NCBI GenBank assembly: GCA_002269645.1 | Contig: NIVC01001790.1 | Coordinates: 46,801-110,800, forward strand | Length of the DNA: 64,000 nt | Direction of reading: 5' to 3' | Origin: Macrostomum lignano | Taxonomy: Eukaryota | In this document: positions 45,775 to 58,001 of the stretch, in pieces | Numbering within the stretch: the stretch's first letter is position 1 | Layout: every line of letters starts with the position of its first letter | The notes under the pieces: generated by a model | Told to the model about the DNA's origin: nothing | What the model saw: only the letters and a program-made list of their open reading frames with translations | The model's database searches: none | Position numbers and translations under genes: made by a program

Positions 45775-46080
45775 AAGAGAGAGAGAGAGAGAGGGAGAGA
45801 GAGAGAGGAGGGCACCTCCAATCTCAGGCACTGACACGGTAACGGTAGAAAGGATGGAAGAGAGTCAGTTTAATTGAATTGCCGATATTTCGAAATTATT
45901 ATATTTCTTCGTCAGGGCAACTGAAAAGTAGTGACAAGTGGCGTTGTAAAAGTTATTAAATAGGCGGGGTTAGAGGGGAGAGAGAGTAGACAGGTGGATA
46001 GAGAGCGTACGGTAAGTATGTACACTTGGTGTGAGTCGATAAAACACTATTAGACTTAAAAATGCAAAATATTTCGTATT
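45775..46080 (-). mobile_element. Solo PLE pLTR / 5' fragment related to 4040-4330
   Basis: Shares blocks gagaggagggc.cctccaatctcaggcac and aaagttattaaataggcggg...gtacacttggtgtgagtcgataaaacactattaga, plus the hammerhead. Confidence 0.85.
45879..45920 (-). ncRNA. Second minimal hammerhead ribozyme
   Basis: UUGCC CUGACGA A GAAAU-AUAAUA-AUUUC GAAA UAUC GGCAA. Confidence 0.85.
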
Positions 46081-46479
46081 TTTTTTAAAAGTAGCTGCAT
46101 CTACGACTCATTCGGATGTACACAGCATCAAATTGCACTCATTTTAGTCTTGACGAAGAATATAAATAGAAAAATTAAAACTTTCTCAAAGTCAACGTTA
46201 ATGGGTTGACTCTTATTGAAGATCTACTGCTAAGCTTTTTTGGTTTTGAAAGATTCTTTTTTTGCCGAGACGTGGACGCTAATGGTCACGTTAGAGGTGT
46301 TGGGACCGCGAGCCCCTGTACCAGAGGGCCCAGCTGCAGGCCTGTCCAGATCCGAACCCGTCGATACGTGGACTGTCTGCTGTGCGACACAGAGGCGCTC
46401 GACACCGCGTTGGCAGGGTGGACTTGTCCTCCACCTCACTGCAAGACTATTTTTGTTCCTGTTCCTGCTGTTAGTCTTT

Positions 46480-49400
46480 TTGTTGTTAGATGCGGTGAGC
46501 CTCTCCTAGAGGGGACACAAGCCGATGGCCCCCAGAAGAAGCGCCACCACGTCGGCGCGATCGAGATCTCTTAATTAAGCTGCAACTGCCGTTGGCACGG
46601 CGCTGAGATTCAAGGGCCGGACAGTTAAACAGATGGAACTGGTCCACCGCCTCCTCGCAGAGCCAACAGTTACCACAACTCGTTTCGGTAGTATGCCGAG
46701 TCTGGGCAGTGGCCGGTACGGGTTTGTGAGACGAGGACCTGCTGTCTTCTTGGGCCCGTGTGCATGGTGACAGTTTGGCCGTGAGTCCGGGTCAGTGGGC
46801 AGTCAGGGTAGGTCTATACCTGAGGAGGTGCCGGATGCGGGCCTTCGCGGATTCGAAGGTGATGGCGACGTTGTCTTGCGGGAGGGTGGTCGTTTGCCTT
46901 GCCTCCGCGTCAACAAGCTCATTGCCTGTGACTCCAGAGTGCCCTGGCACCCATTGCATGGTGATTCTGGTCTAGTGGGCAGCGGCGATGAGGCGCCCCT
47001 TCACGTTTTCGACCAGAGGATTTGTGGTCGGGCGATCCGCCTGCAGGGCCGCGATGACACTCTAGCTATCATGAGGATAGCGGCCTCCTCGGGAGACCCC
47101 TTGTTCGCAGCAAGCCGGCTTCAGGCTAATAGGCGTGACGCCCGCCTCCAAGTAGATGGCCTCAACGGGGGTCAAGCGAGGGAGACCCGTTACGATCCGG
47201 AGGGCTTCGCGCTGCATGCGGTCGAGGGCGTTGAGGCGAGTCATGGCCAGCCACGGTGTCTAGACTGCAGCCGCGTTCCAGATGACGGATTCATCAAGGG
47301 CGCGGTAGGCACGCAGGAGCAGCTTGCTGTCCCAGCCCCACTCACGGTGAGCGAGGGCCCGCACGATGGCCCCCTGGCGGAGCATTTTGTCCCGGACAGA
47401 GGAAGTCTGCTTGTCAAAGAGGAGGCCTCGGTCAACCCAGATACCGAGGAACTTGATCTCTGGCTTCACTGGAATCTGCTGACCGAGAAGCGCGATGTTA
47501 AGATTGCGGTGGCGATCATCCCGATCATGAGAGATAATACAGCACTCCGTTTTAGACGGATTGATGTCAATGCGCAGGTGGGAAGCCCAGCCAGCCTTCA
47601 ACGCGCTGTAGGGCGGCCTGGAGCCGCGCCTGGGTTTCCTGCAAGTTACGGTCGGTAGTCCATATCGCGAGATTATCGGCATAGCCACTGTAGTCGATGT
47701 GGAGCGCAGTGTGTCCAGACCACATGTTAGTGCAGAGGACTGGCGAGCTGACGGCGCCCTGGGGGAGGCCTCCCGCAGCCTGCGCCACTTCCCAATCGTG
47801 GAGCCAATCCGCACGGCCATCTGCCTGCCTTCGAGGAAGCTGGCAAACAAGTGCACCATGCAAGCGGGAATGCCTTCATCCATCATCCGGCCAATGATTC
47901 AAGTACACCAGACTCGATCGAACGCGCGTGAGCAATCGATGAGGACGGCCACCGATTTCAGGTGCGGGCGTTTCTCCCCAGCCATCTTGCATGGATTGGA
48001 CCAAGCGGGTGATCTGCTCTTCGCAGTTGCGGCCCCGTTGGAATCCAGCTTGCCAGGGCTGGATAATGTTGTCGCATTCAAGCCTGCAGTAGAAGCGGTC
48101 CAGAATAAGCCGCTCAAGAATTTTGCCGCAGATGGAGGTGAGGCTGACTGGCCTATAGCTACCGAATTCTTTGGGATCTTTGCCATCCTGCAGCAGTGGG
48201 ACAATAACAGCCTTCTTCCAGACTCCAGGAGAGTGGCCAGTGCGCCAGCAGTGGTTGAAGACAGAGAGTCAGGCACTCATCCAGGAGTCCGGGAGATGGA
48301 CGAAAGGCCGCTTCAATATCGTCGGGGCCACACTTTTTGGCTGGGTCGAGTTTTTATCGACGGCCCGTCTCAATTCGCCAGGAGTGAAATCCCTGCAGTA
48401 GTGATCGTTGTCCACAGAGTATCGAGACAGGCGCTTGGCCATGGGAACTTTGATTTTGCGGTCCCCAGTTGTGTGCTTGAGAGTGCTGATTTCCTCGTAG
48501 TGTCGGTATTAGCTTTTTTCTTGTCCGAGCGCAGTTCTCGGCCGTTGACGACAAGCGATTCGCTAGGGGGATTGCTGATGGCCGTTGGTCAGGCACTTGA
48601 CAGTCCTCCAGACCTGCTTGCAGTCGGAGGAATCTGACTGACATTTTGATGACATAGTTTTGTCAGAATTCGGCTTTCTTATAGTGGCGCAGAGTTTGGA
48701 CAGCTCATGGCTTTTTTCAAGCCACTCGCGGGGAGGAGCGCTCGATTCTCGCAGCAGATTACGGGTGTTGCGGAGCGCGCTGAGCTCATCGTCCGAATAG
48801 GGCTTGTTATTATTAGACACCTTTTTGAGCGGAATGGCCGCTTCAGCGGCTTTGAGCATGACAGAGCACAGCCTGGTGATCTGCTTCTTAGTCGAGCCAC
48901 TGTTGAGATGGTCTGAGTCCGCAGCAAGAAGGGCCTGGTAGGCGGCCCAGTCCACCTTTTTCCGTGCCCAGCTGAGACGGGGAGCGGTGCAAAGGGTTTC
49001 TCGTAACTCCCGCACCGTCAACGGGATAGGCCGATGGTCGGATCCAAGCTCGGTAAGCGGCCGCCAGTTGCAGTGGTCGGCCACGGATTTGCTAGCAATG
49101 GTGAGATCGGATGCGCTGGACCGACCGGTGCCTCTGTCAACGCAAGTGTGCTCACCCGTGTTAAGAATGCGGTAGCCTGTGGAGTCACACCAGTCAACCA
49201 AAGCAGTGAGCTTGAGCTGCACCCTCAGGTCCTTGATCAGGGTCGCTGCCACAGGCGTGGTGATGTAAGTTGAAAGCACCAACCAGGATCTCGCGGTGGA
49301 AGCACCGGAGCCAGCTGTCGACGCTGGGGTGTTCACGGTGGTCCTCACCTTCAACGCGACGAATGGGGGCCGGTAAATGTTGGAGTTGACAAGTTTATGC

Positions 49401-49790
49401 CTGGCTGAGGTGCTTATCGATATTCTACATCCTTCGGTGGTGACGCCGGATCAGCGTCTCAGCTTCTTGAATGGGATGCCTTGCCGGATGAAAAAGAGCA
49501 GGCCGTCACCTTTGATGTTCGGGTCGAGCCGGGCGGTTTGACGATCTTTGCAGATGGTGCTGAACACCGGGATGCGGGGGTCCTGTTGAAAGAGGTGAGC
49601 TTCGACTCCTGCACCGCAACAATGTCGACTTGAAGCCGGATGACCAGGTCCTCGAGCTCGTCCATTTGGTTGCTGACGTTCCATTGGAGAATTGAGTTCA
49701 GAGTTCTTTTTAGGGTTCCAGCCTTCTTGTTGGTGGGAGCGGCGCGTGTCCCCGGCAGTGGGATCAGGTTCTTCAGGGTTGTTGCTGTTG
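46480..49790 (-). mobile_element. Decayed I-group non-LTR retrotransposon (APE endonuclease, RT, partial RNase H, CCHC)
   Basis: EN ILQWN...VAVQESKL and SASDLTIAS...LGSDHRPI; RT VLIDCSRAFDRVW, GLPQGAVSSPVL, YADN, KFLGIWVD; LDRMQREALRIVTG; RNase H QWVPGHSGVTGNELVD; QTRTGH and CWLCEE..DQFHLFNCP; CAA-rich tail. Many stops and frameshifts. Boundaries approximate. Confidence 0.9.
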
Positions 49791-50344
49791 TAAAACTATG
49801 CAGAAGGTTTATAAGTAACGTTTAACAGAAGTCATTGTCGGGTCTGAATCATAATTCCGCGAGTGGTCCGCAGTGTCTTTGACAGATGGTCGATCCGGAA
49901 AAGTCAATCTTTTGGATGACAATGGTGTTGTGAAAATGAATATAATGGTTACAATATTTGCATTTTAGGGCTAAAATGTGAACTCGTGGTATGAAAGACC
50001 CATACAGTTATAAGTAGTACAGATGAAGGTTGAAAACTCCTTAAGTGTCATGACACTGCATAGGCAAACATTTGATAAGCTGGCACGGTCTTATCATTTT
50101 GTGATCTCAAACCATGCAGCCACGTGTTGCATGCAAATTTAGCGTTAGTTCATAAGCAGCCCCTGCATTCGATGGCCTGTCTTTCCCGTTTCCAATCTTG
50201 GAGTTTTATTATCTATAGCTTGAATTGAATAATGTAAGCCGCTTTGAAATTGAATTACCAGTTCAAAGAAAGTCTCCAACAAACTTTATTTTATTCTATG
50301 ACTCAAAAAACACCGGAAATTATAAAAGTAATAACACCGGAGAA

Positions 50345-53300
50345 ATGCAACAACAATTGAAAGTGGCCATTGTTGGCGGCGGCATCATTGGCACCGCGTG
50401 TGGCCTGAGAATTCTGGAGACCCTGCCAGCCGCCGAGGTGACTATTTTCACCGATCAGGTGACGCCGAACACAACTGGAGATGTGGCGGCCGGATTCTGG
50501 ACTCCTGTTTACCTGAGCAAGACGCCAACTCAGCTAAGCGAGTGAGTTCTCTGAGATCGCCATGCCCATGACATTGAGCCAATTGGTATCTCAGCAACTC
50601 CCCTCCTGAGCCTTAGCATCTCAGCAACTCGCCCCCACTGAGCCTTGACATCTCAGCAACTCCCCATTGAGTCAATTGGCATCTCAGCAACTCCCCATTG
50701 AGCCAATTGGCATCTCAGCAACTCCCCATTGAGTCAATTGGCATCTCAGCAACTCCCCTCCTGAGCCTTAGCATCTCAGCAACTCCCCATTAAGTCAATT
50801 GGCATCTCAGTAACTCCCCATGGAACCATGGCATCTCAACAATTCCCTCCCTTCACGCACAGCAAAACAGCTTTTATTCTAGAGCGAATAACTTTCCTGT
50901 CTCTAAAAGTCTAACAATTTCTGAGAAAGTTTCTAAGACGTTTATGCAAAAGTAATCCTCAGCGGTATTGGATTTTCTGTACAAAGCTGATTCAAGCTTA
51001 ACTTTCATACAAAAAACGATGACTACATGTAATATTTCTCAAACTACTGTTAAAACACCTTAACAATCTTCAATTGTAGTTCCTGGTCGGAAGAAACCTA
51101 TCGCTATTTGCAATCGATTGTGGAGTCAAATCCGACGCCTGGAGAGAACGGGGTGCACTACACTCCGGGATACACTGTCTACAGGTCGGAGAACTTACCA
51201 GTAAGCAGATTATTTCAATGATTATTCAGATTGAGAGTGTGCAACTACACACTTTAAAAGCATAGAAATCAATACTATTGAAGCACACTGTCTTTCCTCA
51301 AAACGTCACTGATTATTCTGAAGGCTGTTTCTAAAAATAGAAAATTACGTCAGTGAAAATTTTATGGTGCTGCTAAAAATAGAAACACGCCATACCCAGA
51401 GCTTCTGGGACTTTCTAAGAATAGAAAATTATCTCCGACCAGTACGAGTAATCGTATCCATTTTTATAGCTAAATATAGTCTGACGTCATTTTCGAGGGT
51501 TAAGGAAACAAAATCGTTCGGTTTTTTGCACTCGCAGGTAATCAGTTGGTCGCACATTCCAATAGGATTTCGTCCGATGACCGAATCAGAGGTGTCAATG
51601 TTCCCGCCGGAAATTAAAGGCGGCTACTTCTACGTGTCAGTCATGGCTGAGGGTAGAAAGCTGCTGCCTATTCTGATGGATAAGTAAGTGAAGCTTAATC
51701 TCGGATTTTATTGCTTGTTGCAGAAATCCTGGGTGTAAGTACTGTGGTAAGTACAAATTTACTTTGGAACACTCATTAAAAAATAGTTTTTAACCATTCT
51801 GGCGGATTCTACCAGACCATTTAAGAGTTCTAGCATGGGTTTGTGTTCAGGTTCCTGTTCTAGTTGCTGTTATGGTTGTAGTTCCTGTTCCAAAGGGTCT
51901 GGTCTATGAGAATTTCCCACAGGAAGTTTTCCCGCAGAGTTTTTCCTGTCAAAATTTCAAGTCAAATCCAATCGGATTTGAAATCTAGTCTAGTCTAGTT
52001 CTAATCTAGTCTAGTTTTTAATCTAGTCTAGTTTATGTCTAGTCTAGTCTAGGCTAGTCCTAATCTAGTCCAGCATTGTCTATAGACTGGATTTGACTTG
52101 ACTGGAAAAACCTTGCCGGAAAACCTCGGCGGGATATTCTCGTGCTCCCGTTCCAAATGCAGTCCCTGTTCTGCAGGATGTAGTTGTTTGGTTCTGGATG
52201 TATAGTTCGGTTAAGGATGTAGTTTCGGTTCCGGTTCCTGTACCTGATGTGATTCGTTCTACCAGGGTCATGTAAGTTCCTCTCGCAATTTGGTTGATCT
52301 TGCTCAGTTTTAATGACAAATTATTGCAGTCCTGCTCAGTCTAAGTTTCAGTTTTTATTTTCGATTTTCTAGCGTCACTACATGCCACCGAATTGCCAAA
52401 AAAACACCGCAGATTTAAAAGACTCGGTGGTCGCCTTGTAACCAACCGTCGTCTGACCTCGTTTGACTCTCTGATTGGCCAGGGCTTTGCTCGAATCGTC
52501 AACTGCACGGGTCTGGGGGCCAGGGACCTCTGCGCCGACGAGAAAATGTACCCCATCAGAGGGCAGGTGCACCGGGTAAGAGCACCGTGGATGAACTTCT
52601 GGCTGATGGACTCGGAGACCAGCACATACTGCTTGCCAAAGTGAGTGGAAGGCAATGAATTGGATTTTTGGAAGTCGGTGTAAGAGTTTAGTTTACACTA
52701 GCAATCTACGCCCCCCGTTGGGGAGCCAAAGAAATGCAATGCACGTTTTTTTAATAAGCTGCATGTAGCCTTGAAATCTTAAAAAATCTCCTGTGAAACT
52801 TCTAACCCAACCATAACCCTAAATTTAATATTTTGTCCATGAGTTTTTACATGACGCTTCCATTATTTTTGCATGACGCTTCCATGATAAACATTTTTAA
52901 TAAGCTACGAGCTACATGAGCTAAGTTATAAGCTACCCTAACCCAGCCCTAACCCGAATCTTAACGCTATAACCCTGAACCCTAAACCTAAACCCTAACA
53001 CCAACCCTAACACCACCCCTAACACCAACCCTAACACCAACCCTAACACCAACCCTAACACTAACCCTAACACCAACCCTAACACTAACCCTAACACCAA
53101 ACCTAACACTAACCCTAACACCAACCCTAACACTAACCCTAACACCAACCCTAACACTAACCCTAACACCAACCCTAACACTAACCCTACAGCCTGACAT
53201 CTGCATAAGTTTGTGAAGCGCTAGTAGTATTTTTTAGCTTAGTATCTTAGCGTTGGGGAGCCAAAAATGCAGTACAAGTTTTGTAATAAACTACATGTAG

Positions 53301-56300
53301 CATCTCTTTGCAATATACCTCAGCCGTTTCTTGTAAGCCTTGACACGTCAGTAATTCCACCCCCCCTCCCACAAGCTTTAACATATCAACTTCCCCCCTG
53401 ACATCTCAGCGATGCCCCCCATATGAAATCTAAAAAAATATGTCCACCTAACACTAACCCTAGCCTAACTCTAACCCTAACCCTAACCCTAACCCTAAAG
53501 CACTGACATTTCAGTAATTCACTCCAAGAGTCATTATAGCACTACAGCATTATAGCGATTCCCTGCAAGCCTTGACATCGTAGGGATTCCCAAATGAATC
53601 TCTTAACTTCGACATGAAGCTTCTTTTAATTTTTACATTACGCTTTTTCTATCAGCGATCCCTCCCCTGAGGAAGCAACAAATAATGTATTAAAAAGTTT
53701 TCAATAAACTACATGCAGCTTCTGACTTTAGCCTTGACATTTCAGCTATTCCCCCTGTAAGCCTTGAAATGTCAGCGATGCCCCCCATAAACCTTGAAAT
53801 CTGAAAAATCCCCTGTTAACCTTGAAACCCGCTAAAATCTAACCATCAATCCAAACCTGACCTAAACCTAACTTTAACCCAACCTAAAGCCTTGAAATCT
53901 CAGCAATTCTTCTCCCCTAAGCCTTGACATTTTAGTGATTCCTTCTTTAAGAATCACAGCACTATAACGATTCCCTCCAAGCCTTGACATCGTAGCAATT
54001 CCCAAATGAATCTTTTAACTTCGACAGGACTTTTCTTTTATGTATACATAGTGCTTCTTTTCTTTTTTACATGACTCTTCTTCTATCAGCGCCCCCGTGG
54101 CGAGCCAACAAAGAATGTAATAAAAAATTGATCGGTATTGATCGGTAAATGCACTAATGATGCATCTAGGGTTTGATTCTCAAGTCAAAGTCTAGATGCT
54201 CAAACGAAAGACAGTATGGTCAACTCAGGGACTACTTAAACTTAAGGACTAGTTTAAGTAGTCCCTGGGTCAACTGAAGATTAATGTGCTTAAATGAAGG
54301 TCACGATACTCAATTAAAAGTTACATTGCTCAAAATAAAGATCACAATAGTCAAGTTAATAGAGTCTGTTCATGATACTGAAATTACATTTATGCTAGAT
54401 TAAAATTTGCCTCACCGACCATGCAGTTCGGACACTGTGGTACTCGGCGGCACCTCACAGAAAGGCAACTGGAGCACGGAGGTGTCAGCAGTTGACAAAG
54501 CGGACATCCTGCACCGAGTAACATCTCTGTGGCCGTCACTTGCCTCAGCTCCCATTGTGCAGGACGCTGTCGGTCTGCGGCCTGGTCGTGAGCAGGTTCG
54601 CTTGGAGAGGGAAATTCGACCCGACTGTACTGTGAGTTCGAATTTAGTAGCCTTTTATCTGACTTACGATTCATACAGTTCGAGTTGAGTATAGCTTCTC
54701 AACCTGATTCCGTTCGAGTTGAGTAGTTTCTCAACCTGATTCAGTTCGAGTTGAGTATAGCTTCTCAACCTGATTCAGTTCGAGTTGAGTATAGCTTCTC
54801 AACCTGATTCAGTTCGAGTTGAGTAGTTTCTCAACCTGATTCAGTTCGAGTTGAGTAGTTTCTCAACCTGATTCAGTTCGAGTTGAGTATAGCTTCTCAA
54901 CCTGATTCAGTTCGAGTTGAGTATAGCTTCTCAACCTGATTCAGTTCGAGTTGAGTAGCTTCTCAACCTGATTCAGTTCGAGTTGAGTATAGCTTCTCAA
55001 CCTGATTCCGTTCGAGTTGAGTAGTTTCTCAACCTGATTCAGTTCGAGTTGAGTATAGCTTCTCAACCTGATTCAGTTCGAGTTGAGTAGCTTCTCAACC
55101 TGATTCAGTTCGAGTTGAGTATAGCTTCTCAACCTGATTCAGTTCGAGTTGAGTATAGCTTCTCAACCTGATTCAGTTCGAGTTGAGTAGCTTCTCAACC
55201 TGATTCAGTTCGAGTTGAGTATAGCTTCTCAACCTGATTCAGTTCGAGTTGAGTATAGCTTCTCAACCTGATTCAGTTCGAGTTGAGTAGCTTCTCAACC
55301 TGATTCAGTTCGAGTTGAGTATAGCTTCTCAACCTGATTCAGTTCGAGTTGAGTATAGCTTCTCAACCTGATTCAGTTCGAGTTGAGTAGCTTCTCAACC
55401 TGATTCAGTTCGAGTTGAGTATAGCTTCTCAACCTGATTCAGTTCGAGTTGAGTAGCTTCTCAACCTGATTCAGTTCGAGTTGAGTATAGCTTCTCAACC
55501 TGATTCCGTTCGAGTTGAGTAGTTTCTCAACCTGATTCAGTTCGAGTTGAGTATAGCTTCTCAACCTGATTCCGTTCGAGTTGAGTAGTTTCTCAACCTG
55601 ATTCCCTTCGAGTTGAGTAGTTTCTCAACCTGATTCAGTTCGAGTTGAGTATAGCTTCTCAACCTGATTCAGTTCTAGTTGAGTAGTTTCTCAACCTGAT
55701 TCCGTTCGAGTTGAGTAGTTTCTCAACCTGATTCAGTTCGAGTTGATTATAGCTTCTCAACCTGATTCAGTTCGAGTTGAGTATAGCTTCTCAACCTGAT
55801 TCCGTTCGAGTTGAGTAGCTTCTCAACCTGATTCAGTTCGAGTTGAGTATAGCTTCTCAACCTGATTCAGTTCGAGTTGAGTATAGCTTCTCAACCTGAT
55901 TCAGTTCGAGTTGAGTAGTTTCTCAACCTGATTCCGTTCGAGTTGAGTAGTTTCTCAACCTGATTCCGTTCGAGTTGAGTATAGCTTCTCAACCTGATTC
56001 CGTTCGAGTTGAGTAGTTTCTCAACCTGATTCAGTTCGAGTTGAGTAGCTTCTCAACCTGATTCAGTTCGAGTTGAGTAGTTTCTCAACCTGATTCCGTT
56101 CGAGTTGAGTATAGCTTCTCAACCTGATTCCGTTCGAGTTGAGTAGTTTCTCAACCTGATTCAGTTCGAGTTGAGTAGCTTCTCAACCCCAGCAATCATT
56201 TATTCGAGGGTTAATAAGCTATAAAACTCTCAAACTTGCAGATCTATCACAACTACGGTCACGGCGGCTCAGGTTTGACAATTTTCTGGGGCTGTGCCAA

Positions 56301-56388
56301 GGAAACAGTTCGATTGCTTCTAGAAGACATTGGAAGTTATTCAAAGCAACAAAATGGCGAACGAAACGGCATAAAAGCGGCACTTTAA
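50345..56388 (+). CDS. D-amino-acid oxidase / D-aspartate oxidase family flavoenzyme, 347 aa, 6 exons
   Basis: Exons 50345-50541, 51080-51200, 51538-51683, 52413-52640, 54427-54631, 56242-56388 (1044 nt). Motifs [59 protein letters not shown]. Confidence 0.95.
50560..50845. repeat. About 30-bp repeat (catctcagcaactcccc..gagcc..) in DAO intron 1; degenerate relatives in intron 4
   Basis: Tandem copies. Confidence 0.8.
51908..52141. mobile_element. Fold-back / MITE-like element with long imperfect inverted arms and internal (CTAGT)n
   Basis: gagaatttccc...gtcaaatcca is the imperfect reverse complement of tggatttgac...gggatattctc; no clear TSD. Confidence 0.55.
52985..53190. repeat. Telomere-like 12-bp repeat (CCCTAA-CACYAA)n
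   Basis: Alternating CCCTAA and CACCAA/CACTAA; a short pure (CCCTAA)n run near 53475-53497. Confidence 0.85.
54226..54267. mobile_element. 42-bp hAT-type micro-MITE
   Basis: Perfect 17-bp arms CAGGGACTACTTAAACT / AGTTTAAGTAGTCCCTG with an 8-nt spacer; perfect 8-bp TSD GGTCAACT (54218-54225 and 54268-54275). Confidence 0.8.
54676..56188. repeat. 33-35-bp palindromic minisatellite in DAO intron 5
   Basis: Unit cagttcgaGTTGAGt(at)agcttCTCAACctgatt. Confidence 0.95.
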
Positions 56389-57228
56389 AAGCAGAAAATG
56401 ATTTAAACTTACTTACCAAACACTAAAAAACGGATTTAATTAACTGTCATGCCTTCGTCACTAATTCAGAAGCTCCTACTAATTATATCTGCATAAAACT
56501 TGCTCGACTCATAATTACATGTACCTCTTTACAAAAACATTTACTTGTAATCCATGTACATGTAACCTTCATCATTTTACTATATACTGTATTTTAGCTG
56601 CGCAGAAGCAAAGCTGAAGCTGAGCAAATATTTTACTTTGAACATGAAATGTTACAGAAGAATGTCACAAGGATTTCATGGAAAGAGAAAACGACAAATG
56701 CCTGCAGGTTTGCAGAAATGTTTAGGAGGCATTTGTAAAGGATCGAGAACAGTGATGCAGTGGTGGAGGAAGCTCGTGCATGACTGCATCTAGGTGCGCC
56801 CCCAGCCAAGACGGTTACGGTAAAGAAGAAGCTAGCTGAGAAAAATTTTGAGCACAATGTGTCACAGTTTACCACGTGTATCAGGCGCCGTAATGCAATA
56901 AACCCCCCCTATTTCAAAATCACATACTACACTACGTCATAATACATACTAAACAGTTAACTGTAATTAGCTAGTGAAACACATGCGTTTTTATTTGCAT
57001 CTTCATGGATGTAGATAATTTATAGACTAGGCGGTAACTCGACTAAAAACTCGTAAAAGACCCCGGCCGAGTTCGCGTCATTTTTACACGGAATTTTTCC
57101 AGTCAAGCTTCATGCACAACCCCCAATATGCAACCTTCATGTATTACTGTTTATGCTGGTCCTTTCGAAATTCACAATCCCAAATTTGGGATAGCATTTA
57201 ATGGTAGACTTCCGCCATTGCTACGGAT

Positions 57229-57264
57229 CAAGGACTACTAAACAACTCTTAACAATAGTCCTTG
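57229..57264. mobile_element. 36-bp micro-MITE remnant (CAAGGACTA TIR)
   Basis: CAAGGACTA ... TAGTCCTTG; flanks CTACGGAT / GAACGGAT (6/8 identical). Confidence 0.45.
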
Positions 57265-57870
57265 GAACGGATATGGCTACGTACATGTACGGGAAGTTAC
57301 GGAGGTTTTAGACAAAGCTGCACATTTACAGATAATATATTGGTTACGGGGACATATGTTTCCCATATCTAGTTCCTGGAATTTAGGATTCAAGCAACAG
57401 CTAGGGATTTTCAATGCCATGTCCACGTTTTTTTCACTTTGAAAGGAGAGCTCTAAAGTCTACTTGCCATTTGGGGTGGGGAATTTCTGAGGTTGTATTC
57501 TGGTTTTGGCTCTCTTTTTTGAAACAATAAATTTGAAACGTGCGAATTGTAACTATCACCCATCAGTAACCTATTTAAACAAAAGCAACCTTGCACACCT
57601 CACGTTTTATCAATTTTTTATCAGTAATAATGAAATCACTCATATTTTTAATTTTTATTATTTTCTATGAAGTATTGTTATCGTCATAATCTCGGTTTTA
57701 TCTTATCATGGTGCCTCTCACGCGCTTCGCTTTTGCGACAAACACCACCAATGATCGCGATAGGTCTTCGTAAGTGCTTCAGCTTGAAATTTAAGTTTCT
57801 TTACTTTTCTTTACAAAATAAAGTTCTTCATCAATCAAAAGCTTTTTTCGGCTACACTACAAAAGTCAAC

Positions 57871-57905
57871 ATGGCAAAGCTGATTTCAGGAAAGGATATT
57901 TCTGC
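57871..57905 (+). CDS. MTHFD1: Probable first coding exon of C1-tetrahydrofolate synthase
   Basis: MAKLISGKDISA followed by a phase-2 gtaagc donor; resembles the A.IL.GKEISA N-terminus of MTHFD1/FolD. No downstream exon was found in the window. Confidence 0.5.
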
Positions 57906-58001
57906 GTAAGCTATTTGTAGTAGTAATATACTATAGCATAGCCTAAATACCTAATACTCTTATTTTAGTATCTTATGACACTTATTAATAATTTTTGTCA
58001 G

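Noticed and set aside
45775-49790. The pLTR as the terminus of the adjacent LINE
   Set aside because: The LINE ends with its own CAA-rich tail about 400 bp earlier; the pLTR matches the PLE.
54676-56188. CRISPR-like palindromic array
   Set aside because: No unique spacers, no cas genes, eukaryotic intron.
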